Below, in pieces: positions 27,616 to 38,000 of a DNA stretch of 64,000 nucleotides. This stretch comes from a virus. The notes beneath the pieces were generated by a model. The model saw nothing but the letters and a program-made list of their open reading frames with translations, made no database searches and was not told the origin of the DNA. How positions within the stretch are numbered: position 1 is the stretch's first letter; each line of letters starts with the position of its first letter. The translations under genes and the position numbers were made by a program. Location: positions 4,223-68,222 of the IMG/VR virus record IMGVR_UViG_3300021479_000015, one strand, 5' to 3'.

Positions 27616-28197
27616 CTAATGTCCTAAAATTCGGATAAAGACATCAATAGCCACAGCTCCCACGGCAAACAGCGCGCTCACCGCCCAAATGCGCCCTTGG
27701 ATGTTGGCGTTGGAATTTTCCAGCTTTCCAATACGGTCTTCCAACGCTTTTTGTGACGTATTTATCTCCCGGCGCAGCGACTCGACCGTTGCCGTGCCTT
27801 CCTTGATGGTCCACATCAGCCCCGAAAGGTCGGACAGCGACTTGCGGAACTCATTCTGCGCCTCGTTGCGCAGTTGCTGCGCACCTTCGGCCTTATCGAC
27901 CGCCTTTTCGGCGGCGATCAAGGCAGCGTTGACCGCCTTCTCGGCAGCCGCAAGGGCGGCGGTTACCCCGGTTTGCTGAGCCTCGTAGCGTTCGCGAAGT
28001 TGCAGCGATAAATCGTTGAATCGCTGACCTATGTACTTCTCGAAAGTCGTAAAATTCCAGCCGGACGCCTCGGATGGCAGCGCAACCGAGGCCGGCATTT
28101 GCCATGTGTCACGAAGATTTTTTACGTAGCTAACCGCGTCCTGCAGCTCCCTGACGGCGAGCTTCAGCTCGGATATACTTTCGTCTTCCTTGACCAT
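27616..28197 (-). CDS. coiled-coil protein with C-terminal TM (lysis region)
   Basis: AALAAAEKAV repeats, terminal hydrophobic helix. Confidence 0.7.
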   Translation of the reverse strand: MVKEDESISELKLAVRELQDAVSYVKNLRDTWQMPASVALPSEASGWNFTTFEKYIGQRFNDLSLQLRERYEAQQTGVTAALAAAEKAVNAALIAAEKAVDKAEGAQQLRNEAQNEFRKSLSDLSGLMWTIKEGTATVESLRREINTSQKALEDRIGKLENSNANIQGRIWAVSALFAVGAVAIDVFIRILGH

Positions 28198-28214
28198 GGA
28201 CCATCATAGCACCG

Positions 28215-28631
28215 CTATGTTCGGTATCCAAGTATTGGAGCGCCATTTCGCAAGCGTCCAATCAGGACGGGCGTTCCAGGGTCGGCCACACTGAGCTTGC
28301 TGCTGAGCCTGGAGGCTGCTGCCAGGGACAAGGTGCCCACGACGCCGACCAGAGCGTTGATCACGGTGTTCACCGCAGCCGAGCCAAACTGAACGGTCGC
28401 GACATAGCCGGGACCGAACAGGCTGGCTGCCGCGGTCGCGATGCTGTTGATGGTCGGGATGTACTTCGCTGCTGTCGCCACCGCGTTCTGGATGAAGGTG
28501 ACGACACTCGCATCGAGCGTCACAGCACCTGTCGTCGGGTTGGTCGCACAAGCGGCAAGCGCCGCGGGGGCAACGGCTGCCAGGAGCAGTGTCCTGCTCT
28601 GGCTTTTGAAAAACTCGCGTCGGTTCATCAT
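28215..28631 (-). CDS. putative Tat-exported lipoprotein
   Basis: NRREFF twin-arginine motif plus LAAC lipobox. Confidence 0.6.
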   Translation of the reverse strand: MMNRREFFKSQSRTLLLAAVAPAALAACATNPTTGAVTLDASVVTFIQNAVATAAKYIPTINSIATAAASLFGPGYVATVQFGSAAVNTVINALVGVVGTLSLAAASRLSSKLSVADPGTPVLIGRLRNGAPILGYRT

Positions 28632-29611
28632 TTCTTCAACACCTTTGCATTTTGAGGAAACCCCCCGCTTCGGTACGCGTCGTCGTCGGTGAGCATCGCT
28701 ATCGCCAGCGATCTCAGTTCATCATCGGTGATCTCGCCGGCCACCCACCCCGGCGCATTGGCATTCAGCCATGTGCGGGCAGCAGCTATTGCAATGGTCT
28801 GCCGGGTGGCGTCATCTGCAGCGGGCACAGTCATGGCAACTCCTGTTGTCGGTTGCGGTCCTGCCTTCAGCAAGGCCAGGTCAGCCTGTAGTGTAGCAGC
28901 ATCAAATCCCTGTGGCGATAGGGTTCCGTGCAGCCTTTCCAAGCTCAATGCGGCTATCCCCTCATCCATATACTGGACGAGAAAATCGGGGTAAATCCCG
29001 ATCAAACACCCCCACGACACCCCTAGCAACAACCCTTTGCTGTTGCGCCCAACGATTGTGACGCAATGCCCTCCTGTCAGGCTGGATTTTGCAACCGGCG
29101 ACCACGGCTGGGACCGATAAAACTGGTCGAAAGCGCTGTTAGGAAACTCGATTCCGACGCTGACGGCGCCAAAAAGATAGGTTGCCAGCACGAGCTGGTC
29201 GATGTTTCCAGGCATCAGCGCCACGTAGGCATCGATCTTGTGCCGCGCACCTGATGCATCCAGCACGCCGGTTTTGAGGCGATAGGAAGCCGCCTGCTGC
29301 AAGTCGGTGCCTTGATCCGTGCTCGGATCGTTCGAATCGTACCCGGTCACCGCCGAATAATCGGAAAGCACCGCCTGATCGGAAAAGGTGACCGATGCGT
29401 TCTGCTCGGCACGCCACAACATCACGGAATGAGCGGCGTCAGCCCACACGCAATCCCCGGCGATATCGTTGGCAAGCATGCCCCAATTTGGGATGAGCCA
29501 CGGACGGCCTATGACAAGCGGAGGCGTCGGAAACGCGCTGGCGTCGAAGTAGGTCGAAAACTTGAAGCTGACCGCATCGCGGGCAGATTTCTTACCAAGC
29601 AAGAGCATCAC
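28628..29611 (-). CDS. papain-like cysteine peptidase
   Basis: NDIAGDCVWA, GGHCVTIVG, VSWG. Confidence 0.7.
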   Translation of the reverse strand: MMLLLGKKSARDAVSFKFSTYFDASAFPTPPLVIGRPWLIPNWGMLANDIAGDCVWADAAHSVMLWRAEQNASVTFSDQAVLSDYSAVTGYDSNDPSTDQGTDLQQAASYRLKTGVLDASGARHKIDAYVALMPGNIDQLVLATYLFGAVSVGIEFPNSAFDQFYRSQPWSPVAKSSLTGGHCVTIVGRNSKGLLLGVSWGCLIGIYPDFLVQYMDEGIAALSLERLHGTLSPQGFDAATLQADLALLKAGPQPTTGVAMTVPAADDATRQTIAIAAARTWLNANAPGWVAGEITDDELRSLAIAMLTDDDAYRSGGFPQNAKVLKK

Positions 29612-29907
29612 ATCTGCCCAGCCGTAATCCTCTGCATCACCTTGTTATGCAGCCAGATGTTTTCATCGGCGGTGCCGGTGTAGGTGCCGGAAAAGCCAAG
29701 CTCGTTCGCCAAATGGGCACGCGCTTCCAGGCTGGAGTCCAGATTCAAAAGTTTGAGCAAATCGACGATCGAGTTTTGCCAATCGAGATGCTCGGGGTTT
29801 TGCGCGGCGCGCTTGGTCAGGATCGCATTGGCATCCACATTGGCGGTGCCCAGCATCTCTTTGTTCCAAGCTACCAGTACGTTCCAGATGTCACGGAGAA
29901 TGCTCAT
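29608..29907 (-). CDS. DUF3597-like protein
   Basis: LDWQNSIVDLLKLLNLDSSLEARAHLANELG..NIWLH. Confidence 0.8.
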   Translation of the reverse strand: MSILRDIWNVLVAWNKEMLGTANVDANAILTKRAAQNPEHLDWQNSIVDLLKLLNLDSSLEARAHLANELGFSGTYTGTADENIWLHNKVMQRITAGQM

Positions 29908-30314
29908 GGGAGGCCCTTCTTGGTGAGCGGAGGAATGTCATCCTGCGCTATTGATCCCGCCAAAGCGGTGGTCGCAGGAGCGACGGTAGGCTGCGGGATC
30001 GACAAGGCCAACTGATTCCCTGCCGGGTCGTTGGTCGTCACCACGCCGACCACGCTGGATTTCGGATCGGCCGCGATTTGCGCAACGGTCGCCACCGCAG
30101 CCTGATGGGTATGCGCCAGCAAGGTCAAGAGAGATGTCACGCCCGATATGACAACCCCGATCAGCTCTGGGCTTTGCAAAAGATCGAGAAGGCTTTTTTG
30201 CTCGTCCGATGAGAGTGTGAAGCCTCTGGCGGCGAACCAACCTATGATGGCACCGCCAAGCGTTCCGAATGCCAAGCGGATCAATGCTGCAATCTGTTGT
30301 TGGTTGGGAATCAT
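29904..30314 (-). CDS. putative holin
   Basis: two hydrophobic segments, near the endolysin. Confidence 0.5.
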   Translation of the reverse strand: MIPNQQQIAALIRLAFGTLGGAIIGWFAARGFTLSSDEQKSLLDLLQSPELIGVVISGVTSLLTLLAHTHQAAVATVAQIAADPKSSVVGVVTTNDPAGNQLALSIPQPTVAPATTALAGSIAQDDIPPLTKKGLP

Positions 30315-30326
30315 GGAACAATTCCT

Positions 30327-30623
30327 TTAGTTAACGTGTTTCGGAAGCGGGGTGATATCAACCTCAATGATGAACGTGTTCGGTCCCTTGGTTCTAGCTT
30401 CGATCCGAGTCAGCGCGTAGCGATCATCGTCATCGGCGAATATCTTTCCGACATTGATGCCCATCGAAGACACCAGCAGACGCGCTCGCACCAGGCTCAG
30501 CGGCGGCGAGCGGGTGGTATCGCCCAGCGCCAAATCTACGGCGGCGAAAAAAACGGCCGCAGCCGCAGCGGCGCAAGCGAACAATACTAAGCCGATGAAC
30601 ATCCACCGTAGCAAGGTTATCAT
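30327..30623 (-). CDS. membrane-anchored hypothetical protein
   Basis: hydrophobic N-terminus from ATG 30623. Confidence 0.4.
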   Translation of the reverse strand: MITLLRWMFIGLVLFACAAAAAAVFFAAVDLALGDTTRSPPLSLVRARLLVSSMGINVGKIFADDDDRYALTRIEARTKGPNTFIIEVDITPLPKHVN

Positions 30624-30714
30624 CCGATGCGCTCGTACTTCGTTCCATTGAGATAGCAGGTGACGTTGCGCTTCAAGAACATCAGAAGGAACGGCAACAA
30701 GATCAGCTCGCACA

Positions 30715-31071
30715 TCATATCAGCCTTCGCCATGCGATGACACCGGCTGTTGCACGCGCGCGAGTGCGCACCGCACCTCCATCGTTTCCGCTGACTGCCA
30801 GTACCTGCCCCGGCGCCAGAACTTGAATAACTTGGAAGACGTGATGGGCCATTACGCCGATTATACCGGGCGCGGGACCGCTGGCCGGTTGCCCGACACG
30901 GCGCCACTCGATCGCACGCGCGAGATTGCCGGGACCATGGATGCCGGTGTGTGATTCCATCCACATTCCGCACCATGGCAGCCCATGGCCGCGATGGTGG
31001 TGCCGCGGCGAAGCATCTGCCGCCAGCATGAGGGCGAGAAGGATCGCAACGACGATGGCGAAGGTCTTCAT
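30715..31071 (-). CDS. signal-peptide CHAP/NlpC-P60-like hydrolase
   Basis: Sec-type signal; PWCG, HHVF, SGND. Confidence 0.6.
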   Translation of the reverse strand: MKTFAIVVAILLALMLAADASPRHHHRGHGLPWCGMWMESHTGIHGPGNLARAIEWRRVGQPASGPAPGIIGVMAHHVFQVIQVLAPGQVLAVSGNDGGAVRTRARATAGVIAWRRLI

Positions 31072-31817
31072 GCGCTGGCCCATGAATTGTAGAGCTGCAA
31101 GACCGTCATGCCGCCCACGACGGTGGAATTGTCCACGTTGCCGATGAGACCTGGGATCCTGTGCACGCCGGGTCCGAAGGAATCTCCGTCATCTTGCCAC
31201 ATATGCCCTTTGTTCCGCCATGGCAGCGGCACCTCGCTGGGATTGTAGGCTCCGTACTGGCATACCCACGCCCGCCGCACGGCGAAACGATCCAGCACGT
31301 CGTTGGATGAAACCGTGGTGATCTGCTCGCGTGGCGCGTCGCCGCCATAGACCTTGAGCGGAAAGCCGCACCACTGCTCCACCCGTTGGCAGAACTCGTC
31401 TGCCCATCCCGCTGACTGCTGATAGCCGGACGCGCCGATGTCCTCCCAATCGAGGCAGAGATCGTCACCTGGCTCGTAGCCGCATGCCTTGACGCAAGCC
31501 ATGAAGTGATCAGCTTCGTCCGCTGCGGTACCAATGCCGTTGAAGTGGTAGAAACCGAACTTCGGCTTGAGATCGAGCACCGTCCCATCGATGTCCGTCA
31601 CCGCTATATCGATATCGTCCATCCAGGCTGAACGGCGAAACGCGCAGCGGCTGTCGGGAGGTCCTTCCGCGCCCTGGCTTGCCTTGTGATCGAGAAAGGC
31701 AATGCCAGCCGCCTTGACGAGGGCGAATCCCTCATCGTGCGCGCCGGACACGTCGTCGCCGTGATAGAGATCGATGCAGTAGGCTGGATTGACCATGCGG
31801 CCTGCAGGGTAATGCAA
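31068..31817 (-). CDS. GH25 muramidase endolysin
   Basis: IDLYHGD, KASQG, GFYHF, LDWED, WQ, VDNS. Confidence 0.85.
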   Translation of the reverse strand: MHYPAGRMVNPAYCIDLYHGDDVSGAHDEGFALVKAAGIAFLDHKASQGAEGPPDSRCAFRRSAWMDDIDIAVTDIDGTVLDLKPKFGFYHFNGIGTAADEADHFMACVKACGYEPGDDLCLDWEDIGASGYQQSAGWADEFCQRVEQWCGFPLKVYGGDAPREQITTVSSNDVLDRFAVRRAWVCQYGAYNPSEVPLPWRNKGHMWQDDGDSFGPGVHRIPGLIGNVDNSTVVGGMTVLQLYNSWASA

Positions 31818-31840
31818 GCCGATAAATAACGCAACCGCCG

Positions 31841-32077
31841 CTATTTAGGCGTTTCCTGCGCCTTTTGAGCTTTGCGCTGAGCCGCCTGCTGCTCGACACC
31901 CTGCATGATCTGTTGAATCTGCTGATGGGCTTGCAGCGGCATGGAGACATTGGCGAACGCTTGCTGCATGGCCTGCCAGAGGTCGCGATCAATGGGCGGC
32001 ATCTCTTGCGCGCGTGCAGCGACCCACATCATGCCAAGCCACCACACTAGTAAAATAACGAAAGTCAAACGCTTCAT
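31841..32077 (-). CDS. small Gln-rich protein with signal peptide
   Basis: MKRLTFVILLVWWLGMMWVAARA-QE. Confidence 0.55.
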   Translation of the reverse strand: MKRLTFVILLVWWLGMMWVAARAQEMPPIDRDLWQAMQQAFANVSMPLQAHQQIQQIMQGVEQQAAQRKAQKAQETPK

Positions 32078-32090
32078 GTAGCTTAACGCC

Positions 32091-34100
32091 TCATGTTGTC
32101 GAGTACGAAAAAGAGCAGTTGAGGATTTGCCCACTCATATTGGTGTTTGTCACCGCAGCTCCGGTCACCGCATTGAGCAAGCTGAACGTTGTCGTATTCT
32201 TGGTTGGTTGTGGTGATACGCTGATGGTTCCGTTGCTGTTGCAACTTCCCGGAGACGACGCGTAATTTTGGTTTGCCGATGCCACCGGCAACCCGCCGAT
32301 GGACACGTTTGCGCCGCTGCCAGTTGCCGGAAATGAGAATCGGCCATAAACAAAAACCATATTGCCGATCTTGGTGTAGCTTACGCTCACGCCGGTAAAC
32401 GTGAGGCTGGCACCGCTTTGATCGGAAGGCGTCCATGATCCCGCCGCTGTCACATCAGAAAGATCGGTAGTGGCAAGCGCGGCAAATACCGCTTTGGTGC
32501 CGTCGCTGCGAAGGACGTTGCCCGCGCTGCCGGCTGCCGCCCCGATCGAATAGCCGGTAACAGCGTCAAAGATGCCGCTGGATTGGAAACTGGCTGAACG
32601 ACTATAGCCGCCGGCATTTATTTGGTAGCTGACGACGAGGCTCGTGGTCGGATTGGCGGCGCCTTGCCCCGGCAAGTTGGTCACTATCCAATCGACGGTC
32701 TGAGATGCTGCTGTGGCGTTTGTTTTCCAGCCTTGACCGATCCAGTGCAGACTCGGGCTTTCTTGCTGCGCACCAGCAGCAGCCGCGGTCTGGTTTTGTA
32801 AAACGATGCCGTCAGCTACAGTTGTTCCTACTGCATTGAGCGTCTGTGTGATGGTGCCGCCGACCAGGCCGGCAGCGTTTGCAACGAATGACACGGCAGG
32901 CGTCCCCAGCCCACCGCCTCCGTTCAGGATCGAGTTCACAGGCGTTAAAAGAAAATCGATGTTGCTCGCCCAATTGGACGATGTAAAATTGCCGACAGTG
33001 CTGGCTCGAATGACGGCGGAAGCGTTCGTAGGCGTGATGGTTCCGGCATTCGAGTACCAGCCCGACCAAATGAGAAAACCCAGGTATTGCCCGGCCAGCG
33101 TTGGTGTCGGCGTTGCTGGATTATCGTTCGTCAGGATCGTAGAGCCGCCTGCAACAGTGCCGCTTTGGCTGAGATTGTAAGTGCCGTTGCCGCCCGCGCC
33201 TGTCCCCAGCGATGCGATCGTTGTGCCTGTAGGTACGCCCGTCACCAGCACGACTTGCCCTACCGCAACGGTGCCGTTCGAGCAGCCGCCGGTGACCGTG
33301 TAAACCGTACCGACGACATTGCCGATGCAGGTCGATCCACCGCCGCTCTTGGACATCAAAAGCGTAAAGTTCGAATTGGCGCCGATCGCTTCACCCAGCA
33401 GAATTGTCTCGCCTTGCGTGTTGGCGTTTTGCGCGCCTGAAAGCGTGAGGTTGGGAGTTTCGCCAAACACGAGCGTTCGAGGAAGGGCGAATCCGCTGGC
33501 ATTGAGCGTCAACGGCGCGCCGTTGAGAATGGCTGTCGAGCCTGCCGTGGTCGAGCATTGCGCTACGGACCCGGTTCCGACCGGAAAAGCGCCAGCCCCC
33601 AAACACGCTATACCGCTGCTGTTCGCCACTACGAACGCCGTCGTCGCTACGTTGGTCGTATTGTCGCCAAGGCTACGGGTTGGTGCGGTGGCTCCACCGC
33701 TGAAATTCTGCAGGGCAGTCCAAGTATTGGCGGCGCCAAAAATAGCGGTGACGAACGCCGTGTTGGCGAGGTTGGTCGTGTTGTCGCCGGGGTTGCGCGT
33801 TGGCGCCGTCGCACCGCCGTTGAAATTCTGCAGCCCGGTCCAAGCACTAGTGCTGACACCGGAGATGCCGCAATCGATGAGCGTGTTGCTTGCGCCCACG
33901 CAGGCGAAATCGTTGACTGTCGTGCTGCCGGTGAAGATCGTCGTCCCCGGCGTGCCGCCGTCACCGATCACGCCGTTGGTCAACCATTGTGCAATGTGAC
34001 CCGGCGTTACTTGTCCTCCCTGAATAACCGGAGGATTTTGAGCGTTGACCGAAGAAGCGCAGAGCAGCGCGCCAAGCAGGGCTATGAACAGTTTTCTCAT
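32091..34100 (-). CDS. tail-fibre-like protein with N-terminal signal-like sequence
   Basis: two GATAPTR.xGDNTTN.A.TAFV fibre repeats; G/S/T-rich; C-terminal WTP..YTKIGNMVFV domain. Confidence 0.75.
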   Translation of the reverse strand: MRKLFIALLGALLCASSVNAQNPPVIQGGQVTPGHIAQWLTNGVIGDGGTPGTTIFTGSTTVNDFACVGASNTLIDCGISGVSTSAWTGLQNFNGGATAPTRNPGDNTTNLANTAFVTAIFGAANTWTALQNFSGGATAPTRSLGDNTTNVATTAFVVANSSGIACLGAGAFPVGTGSVAQCSTTAGSTAILNGAPLTLNASGFALPRTLVFGETPNLTLSGAQNANTQGETILLGEAIGANSNFTLLMSKSGGGSTCIGNVVGTVYTVTGGCSNGTVAVGQVVLVTGVPTGTTIASLGTGAGGNGTYNLSQSGTVAGGSTILTNDNPATPTPTLAGQYLGFLIWSGWYSNAGTITPTNASAVIRASTVGNFTSSNWASNIDFLLTPVNSILNGGGGLGTPAVSFVANAAGLVGGTITQTLNAVGTTVADGIVLQNQTAAAAGAQQESPSLHWIGQGWKTNATAASQTVDWIVTNLPGQGAANPTTSLVVSYQINAGGYSRSASFQSSGIFDAVTGYSIGAAAGSAGNVLRSDGTKAVFAALATTDLSDVTAAGSWTPSDQSGASLTFTGVSVSYTKIGNMVFVYGRFSFPATGSGANVSIGGLPVASANQNYASSPGSCNSNGTISVSPQPTKNTTTFSLLNAVTGAAVTNTNMSGQILNCSFSYSTT

Positions 34101-34591
34101 GAGAGATCGGTTCCCGTTAGATACACGTCCGCCAAAGCCGGTGCACCTTGGGGCGTGGTAAGCGACAGCCAGATCATCAAAAATCCGCCAATGCTCCCAA
34201 GGTTGGCAGCCGAGAAGCGCGTGTTGGCACCGAACGCCGCCAGCGTGACGGCCAGCAACGAGGCCGGCGTTGTGAGCGCGGAGTAAGCTTGCGCCGCCGA
34301 TACGATCGGCGTCCCTGCCTTGGCTGGTTGCGGGTAGAACCCGCCTACCGCGCTCGTCAAGCTGATCGAGGCGTTCGTGATGATGATCCCATTCAGCTGA
34401 AACGCGGTGAAGTTGAGCGGAATGGCGATCGGCTGGTCGTTCGTTGTGTTAAAATTTGCGCCCCGTAAACTTGCAAGCACGCGCTGCGATGCGGGTGTTG
34501 CGCCGCCATCCTTGATAACACCGTCCGTCACCCATACCGCCGCGTGGCTAGGAGTGATTTGCCCGCTTTGCAGGACCGATTGGGAACTCAC
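34097..34591 (-). CDS. structural protein sharing its N-terminus with the fibre
   Basis: LQSGQITPSHAAVWVTDGVIKDGG vs IQGGQVTPGHIAQWLTNGVIGDGG. Confidence 0.7.
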   Translation of the reverse strand: MSSQSVLQSGQITPSHAAVWVTDGVIKDGGATPASQRVLASLRGANFNTTNDQPIAIPLNFTAFQLNGIIITNASISLTSAVGGFYPQPAKAGTPIVSAAQAYSALTTPASLLAVTLAAFGANTRFSAANLGSIGGFLMIWLSLTTPQGAPALADVYLTGTDLS

Positions 34592-34870
34592 TCACATCCT
34601 CCGCACGATGGCGTTGGCGGCCAGCACGAACACCGCGTAGATGGTTACAGAGACGATCTGGAAGGCGTCGGGGGCAGGAATGACCCGGTAAAACAGTACG
34701 AAGACCGAGCCGACCGTCAATAGGCAGAACAGGTTGCTGAGCGCGACAACGGTGCGCTTCGAAAGTGCCTGCAAGCTGAGAAAGAGAAGGTCGGTCGCGC
34801 GATCAGGTGTCTCCGACGCTGTGGTGGTCGACTCGTCTTCTTGCACCAGCTCGAACCTTCGGGCTTCCAT
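34592..34870 (-). CDS. two-TM membrane protein
   Basis: two hydrophobic helices. Confidence 0.65.
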   Translation of the reverse strand: MEARRFELVQEDESTTTASETPDRATDLLFLSLQALSKRTVVALSNLFCLLTVGSVFVLFYRVIPAPDAFQIVSVTIYAVFVLAANAIVRRM

Positions 34871-35087
34871 TCGGTTGCTCCTTGCTGCTTACGGCCTCGC
34901 TGAAGTCCAGGAACGAAGGGCCTTGACCCGCGATCGCGGGTTCATCCAATTCCTTGTGCTTCAGCAGCAAACCGTAAAGCGTCGTTCCCGCCTTCAAGGC
35001 ATCCACCCGCTGCTCGAAAGGCGTAGTGGACTTTATCGCTTCTGCGATGATGAGGGAAGCAAGACTTTTCAGGTCGGTTTCGAACAC
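34803..35087 (-). CDS. hypothetical protein
   Basis: 94-aa ORF in operon. Confidence 0.55.
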   Translation of the reverse strand: MFETDLKSLASLIIAEAIKSTTPFEQRVDALKAGTTLYGLLLKHKELDEPAIAGQGPSFLDFSEAVSSKEQPNGSPKVRAGARRRVDHHSVGDT

Positions 35088-35090
35088 GGT

Positions 35091-38000
35091 TTATTGCCCC
35101 TCGAAGGTATTGTGCTCAATTGTCTTGGGAGGCAGCGATTCAGAAGGATGAGGTTCAAATGTGTCAAGCATATGTTTTGCCATTTTCTCAGCCATGGGAC
35201 CGCCCCGCATCATGATCCTAATATTTGTGAGTAGGGCAGGCTGTTCGTGTCCTTCCCCGTATTTTTCCTTTTCTTTGATCCAAGCATTAACCCGAGTTAT
35301 TGCCTTGGCGACGTTTTTAGAAGGCGGAGCCAAAAATTCAGGACTTCCCGCCATTCCGAATGCCGTATTAGCTTCGGAACTTTGCAAAACATTTGCAATG
35401 CGCTCACTCCACGCGGGCTGCTGCATTCCTTGTTCTTTTGCCAAACCTGTCAACCCGCCCTTGGCGAAAGCCGCAATCGGAGGCCCCGCCATTGACGCAA
35501 TGTTCAACACGTTCTCGGCAACATTCCCCTTTGGGGGTTCGCCATGCACGTTCTCAAATGGATCATCCTCGTGTGATATACCCGCAGATAGTTTCTTTGG
35601 TTGGGGCGTACCGGGAGACATAGGCTGCGTCAAAGCCGACTGAATGAGCGGAATCTGCATCGAAGCCCAATAAGGCTCGAACACCTGGATGGCTTTCGCC
35701 ATTTCCTTTTCATCGTTGATGCTCTTGACCAATGCCTTGAACAGCTTGGGATCGGTCATCGCCTCGCCCAGGATGCGAATGGCGTCGTCCGGCTTGAGCG
35801 CTGCCGCCCACTTCTTGAACGCCTGCGAGCCGATCGAAGCGATCTGGATGGATGAGCCGCCATGCCCTCCGAACAAACGGGTGAACACCTTGGCGCCCGT
35901 GATGCGCGCCACAATATCGTTCAACGCCAGCGTCGCCGCCTTCTCGGATACGCCGGGTATCTTTGGGCTGAGACGGTGTAACTCATTCTTGCGGGCGGTT
36001 TCGGCGATGCGCTTGAAGCGTGCCGCCACTCCCGGCCGCGCAGTGTCGAGCGCCTTGATCACACCATCGTTGCGCTCAAACCAGTCATGAGCCGCCTTGC
36101 CGTTCACGTGTTGCATTTCGGGCGTGAGATGATCCTGCACGATCGAATCCTTGATCATTCGGTCGAAGGCCATCTGCACCAAGCCGTCCGTTGCCTTGCC
36201 GGTCGAATCACCTTCAGTCAAATCGAGCAGCTTACGGGTCTCACTGAATTGCTCGGTGCTGTGCAAGGCATTGCCGAACAGCCGGCCGGGGTCGTTCAGA
36301 AACAAGCTGACGGCATGCTGCTTCAATTTCGTGGTGCTGAGCGTTTCCGCCTTGGCGGCAGCAACCGACTCTCCCTGCGACTTGATGGCATCTTCCACCT
36401 CGCGGCGAAGGTTCTCGAAGCCTGGATGCGCAAGCGGCCCGGTGTTGTTGCGCAGCCACTGCTGGGCGCGACTGCGATTGAACTGCCCTTGCGGCATGGC
36501 GGCGGTGTAGAAATCCTGTCGTAGATACTTTTCTAAAAATGCAGGTGCGTTGCCTTCTCCCGCCTTCTGCGAAACTGCCCGCATGAAGGCCCCGAACGCG
36601 TCGATACCCCCAGAGCCTTGACTGATCACATGGTCGATCGTCTCGCCGGGTGTGACGCGCGGATAACCGGGCTCATCGTGGCCTAAGATGTTACCCACTG
36701 GCCCGCGGCTGAACGTCTGGTGAAACTCCTTGGTGGCGGCGTTTGCTTCCTTGAGCGTCTCGCCACCAGGAGCCGCCGATTTCACTCCCTGCAGGGCTTT
36801 CGAGATGCGCGTGAGATAAGCGAGGCGCACACGATCGGGCGCAAAGTCGGAGGTGACCTGCCTGATCTCCTGCTGAATTTCGCTGTCGAGATCGATGGCA
36901 TCCTGCAAGCGCGCGCCGGGGCCGAAGCGCTTGGTCTCCTCTCCGCCAGCAACCTTTTTCTCGTGAAGCGGCTTCATACCAGCGCGTTGCCGCATTTCAT
37001 CTGTACGAGCGTTAAGTTCGGCCAGATTCATCTCGTGCGGTAATTTCTTCGGTTTAGATGCTGGCGTTTCTTCTTCGATCTCCGCATTTTCAAAGAACCG
37101 ATCCACCACATCGCCGGGGAATCGCGCGTCGCTTTCACCCGGCCGCTCCTTGTGCTCCTTCCTGATGGAGTTCAACTCGTCGTAAACCGGGTCCATGGAG
37201 ACCGGCACCGCCTTGTCCACCTTCGCCCACTTGGCCTCGGTGACCGCGTGCATGTCGTCGCGCGCTTCCAGCAGGTACTGACGTGCCAAGGTGCTTTGCA
37301 GGTTCTTGAACTTCGTCGCGTCCACCTCGCTGGGAATGGCGTTGCCCACTGCCGTATCAAACGCCCGCTTGGCTTCTTCTACCGCCTGCTGCGCGCGACG
37401 CTGCACGAGTTGCGACCACTGCGCCGTCTTGGCGCGCAAGTAGGTGGCGGTATCCGGGAAGCTCGCACGACTGAATTGTTTGTCGGCCAGGATAGCGTCT
37501 TCGGTCGCCTGGTACTGCTGGTCGTACAACCCCGCCAAGTCGCGATCCTTATCCCGCACCGTGCGCACCAGTGCGATCAAGCCGGGATCCTCGGTCTGAA
37601 TGTCTACCGGCACTTCTGCTCCCGGAGACAGCTCAGGCTGCTTGTCGAGCTGCTCGACGGCTTTGGGCAAATCGCTTGCCGCCTCGGAAATGTTCCGAGC
37701 TACGCGCGGCTCTGCCGAGTAGAGCGACTTTACCCAATCCTTGGCGGAACGCACGCCGCTGAACGCCGCCTTGACAGCGGAAAGACGCAGCAAGCCGGCT
37801 ACCGCCCCGATGGTCTTGCCTTCATCGCCGGGAATGACTTCCTCGCCGATGAACGCTCCCGAGCCGATGGATACGGCAGGCACAGCCTCGTGATAGAACA
37901 CGTTCCACGCCTTGCGGGCAAGTGATGTACCTACACTGGTAGCTTCCTTTGCAACTCCCAAAGCAGCAAACGGAAGATTTGCCCCGGCAAATTCACCTAT

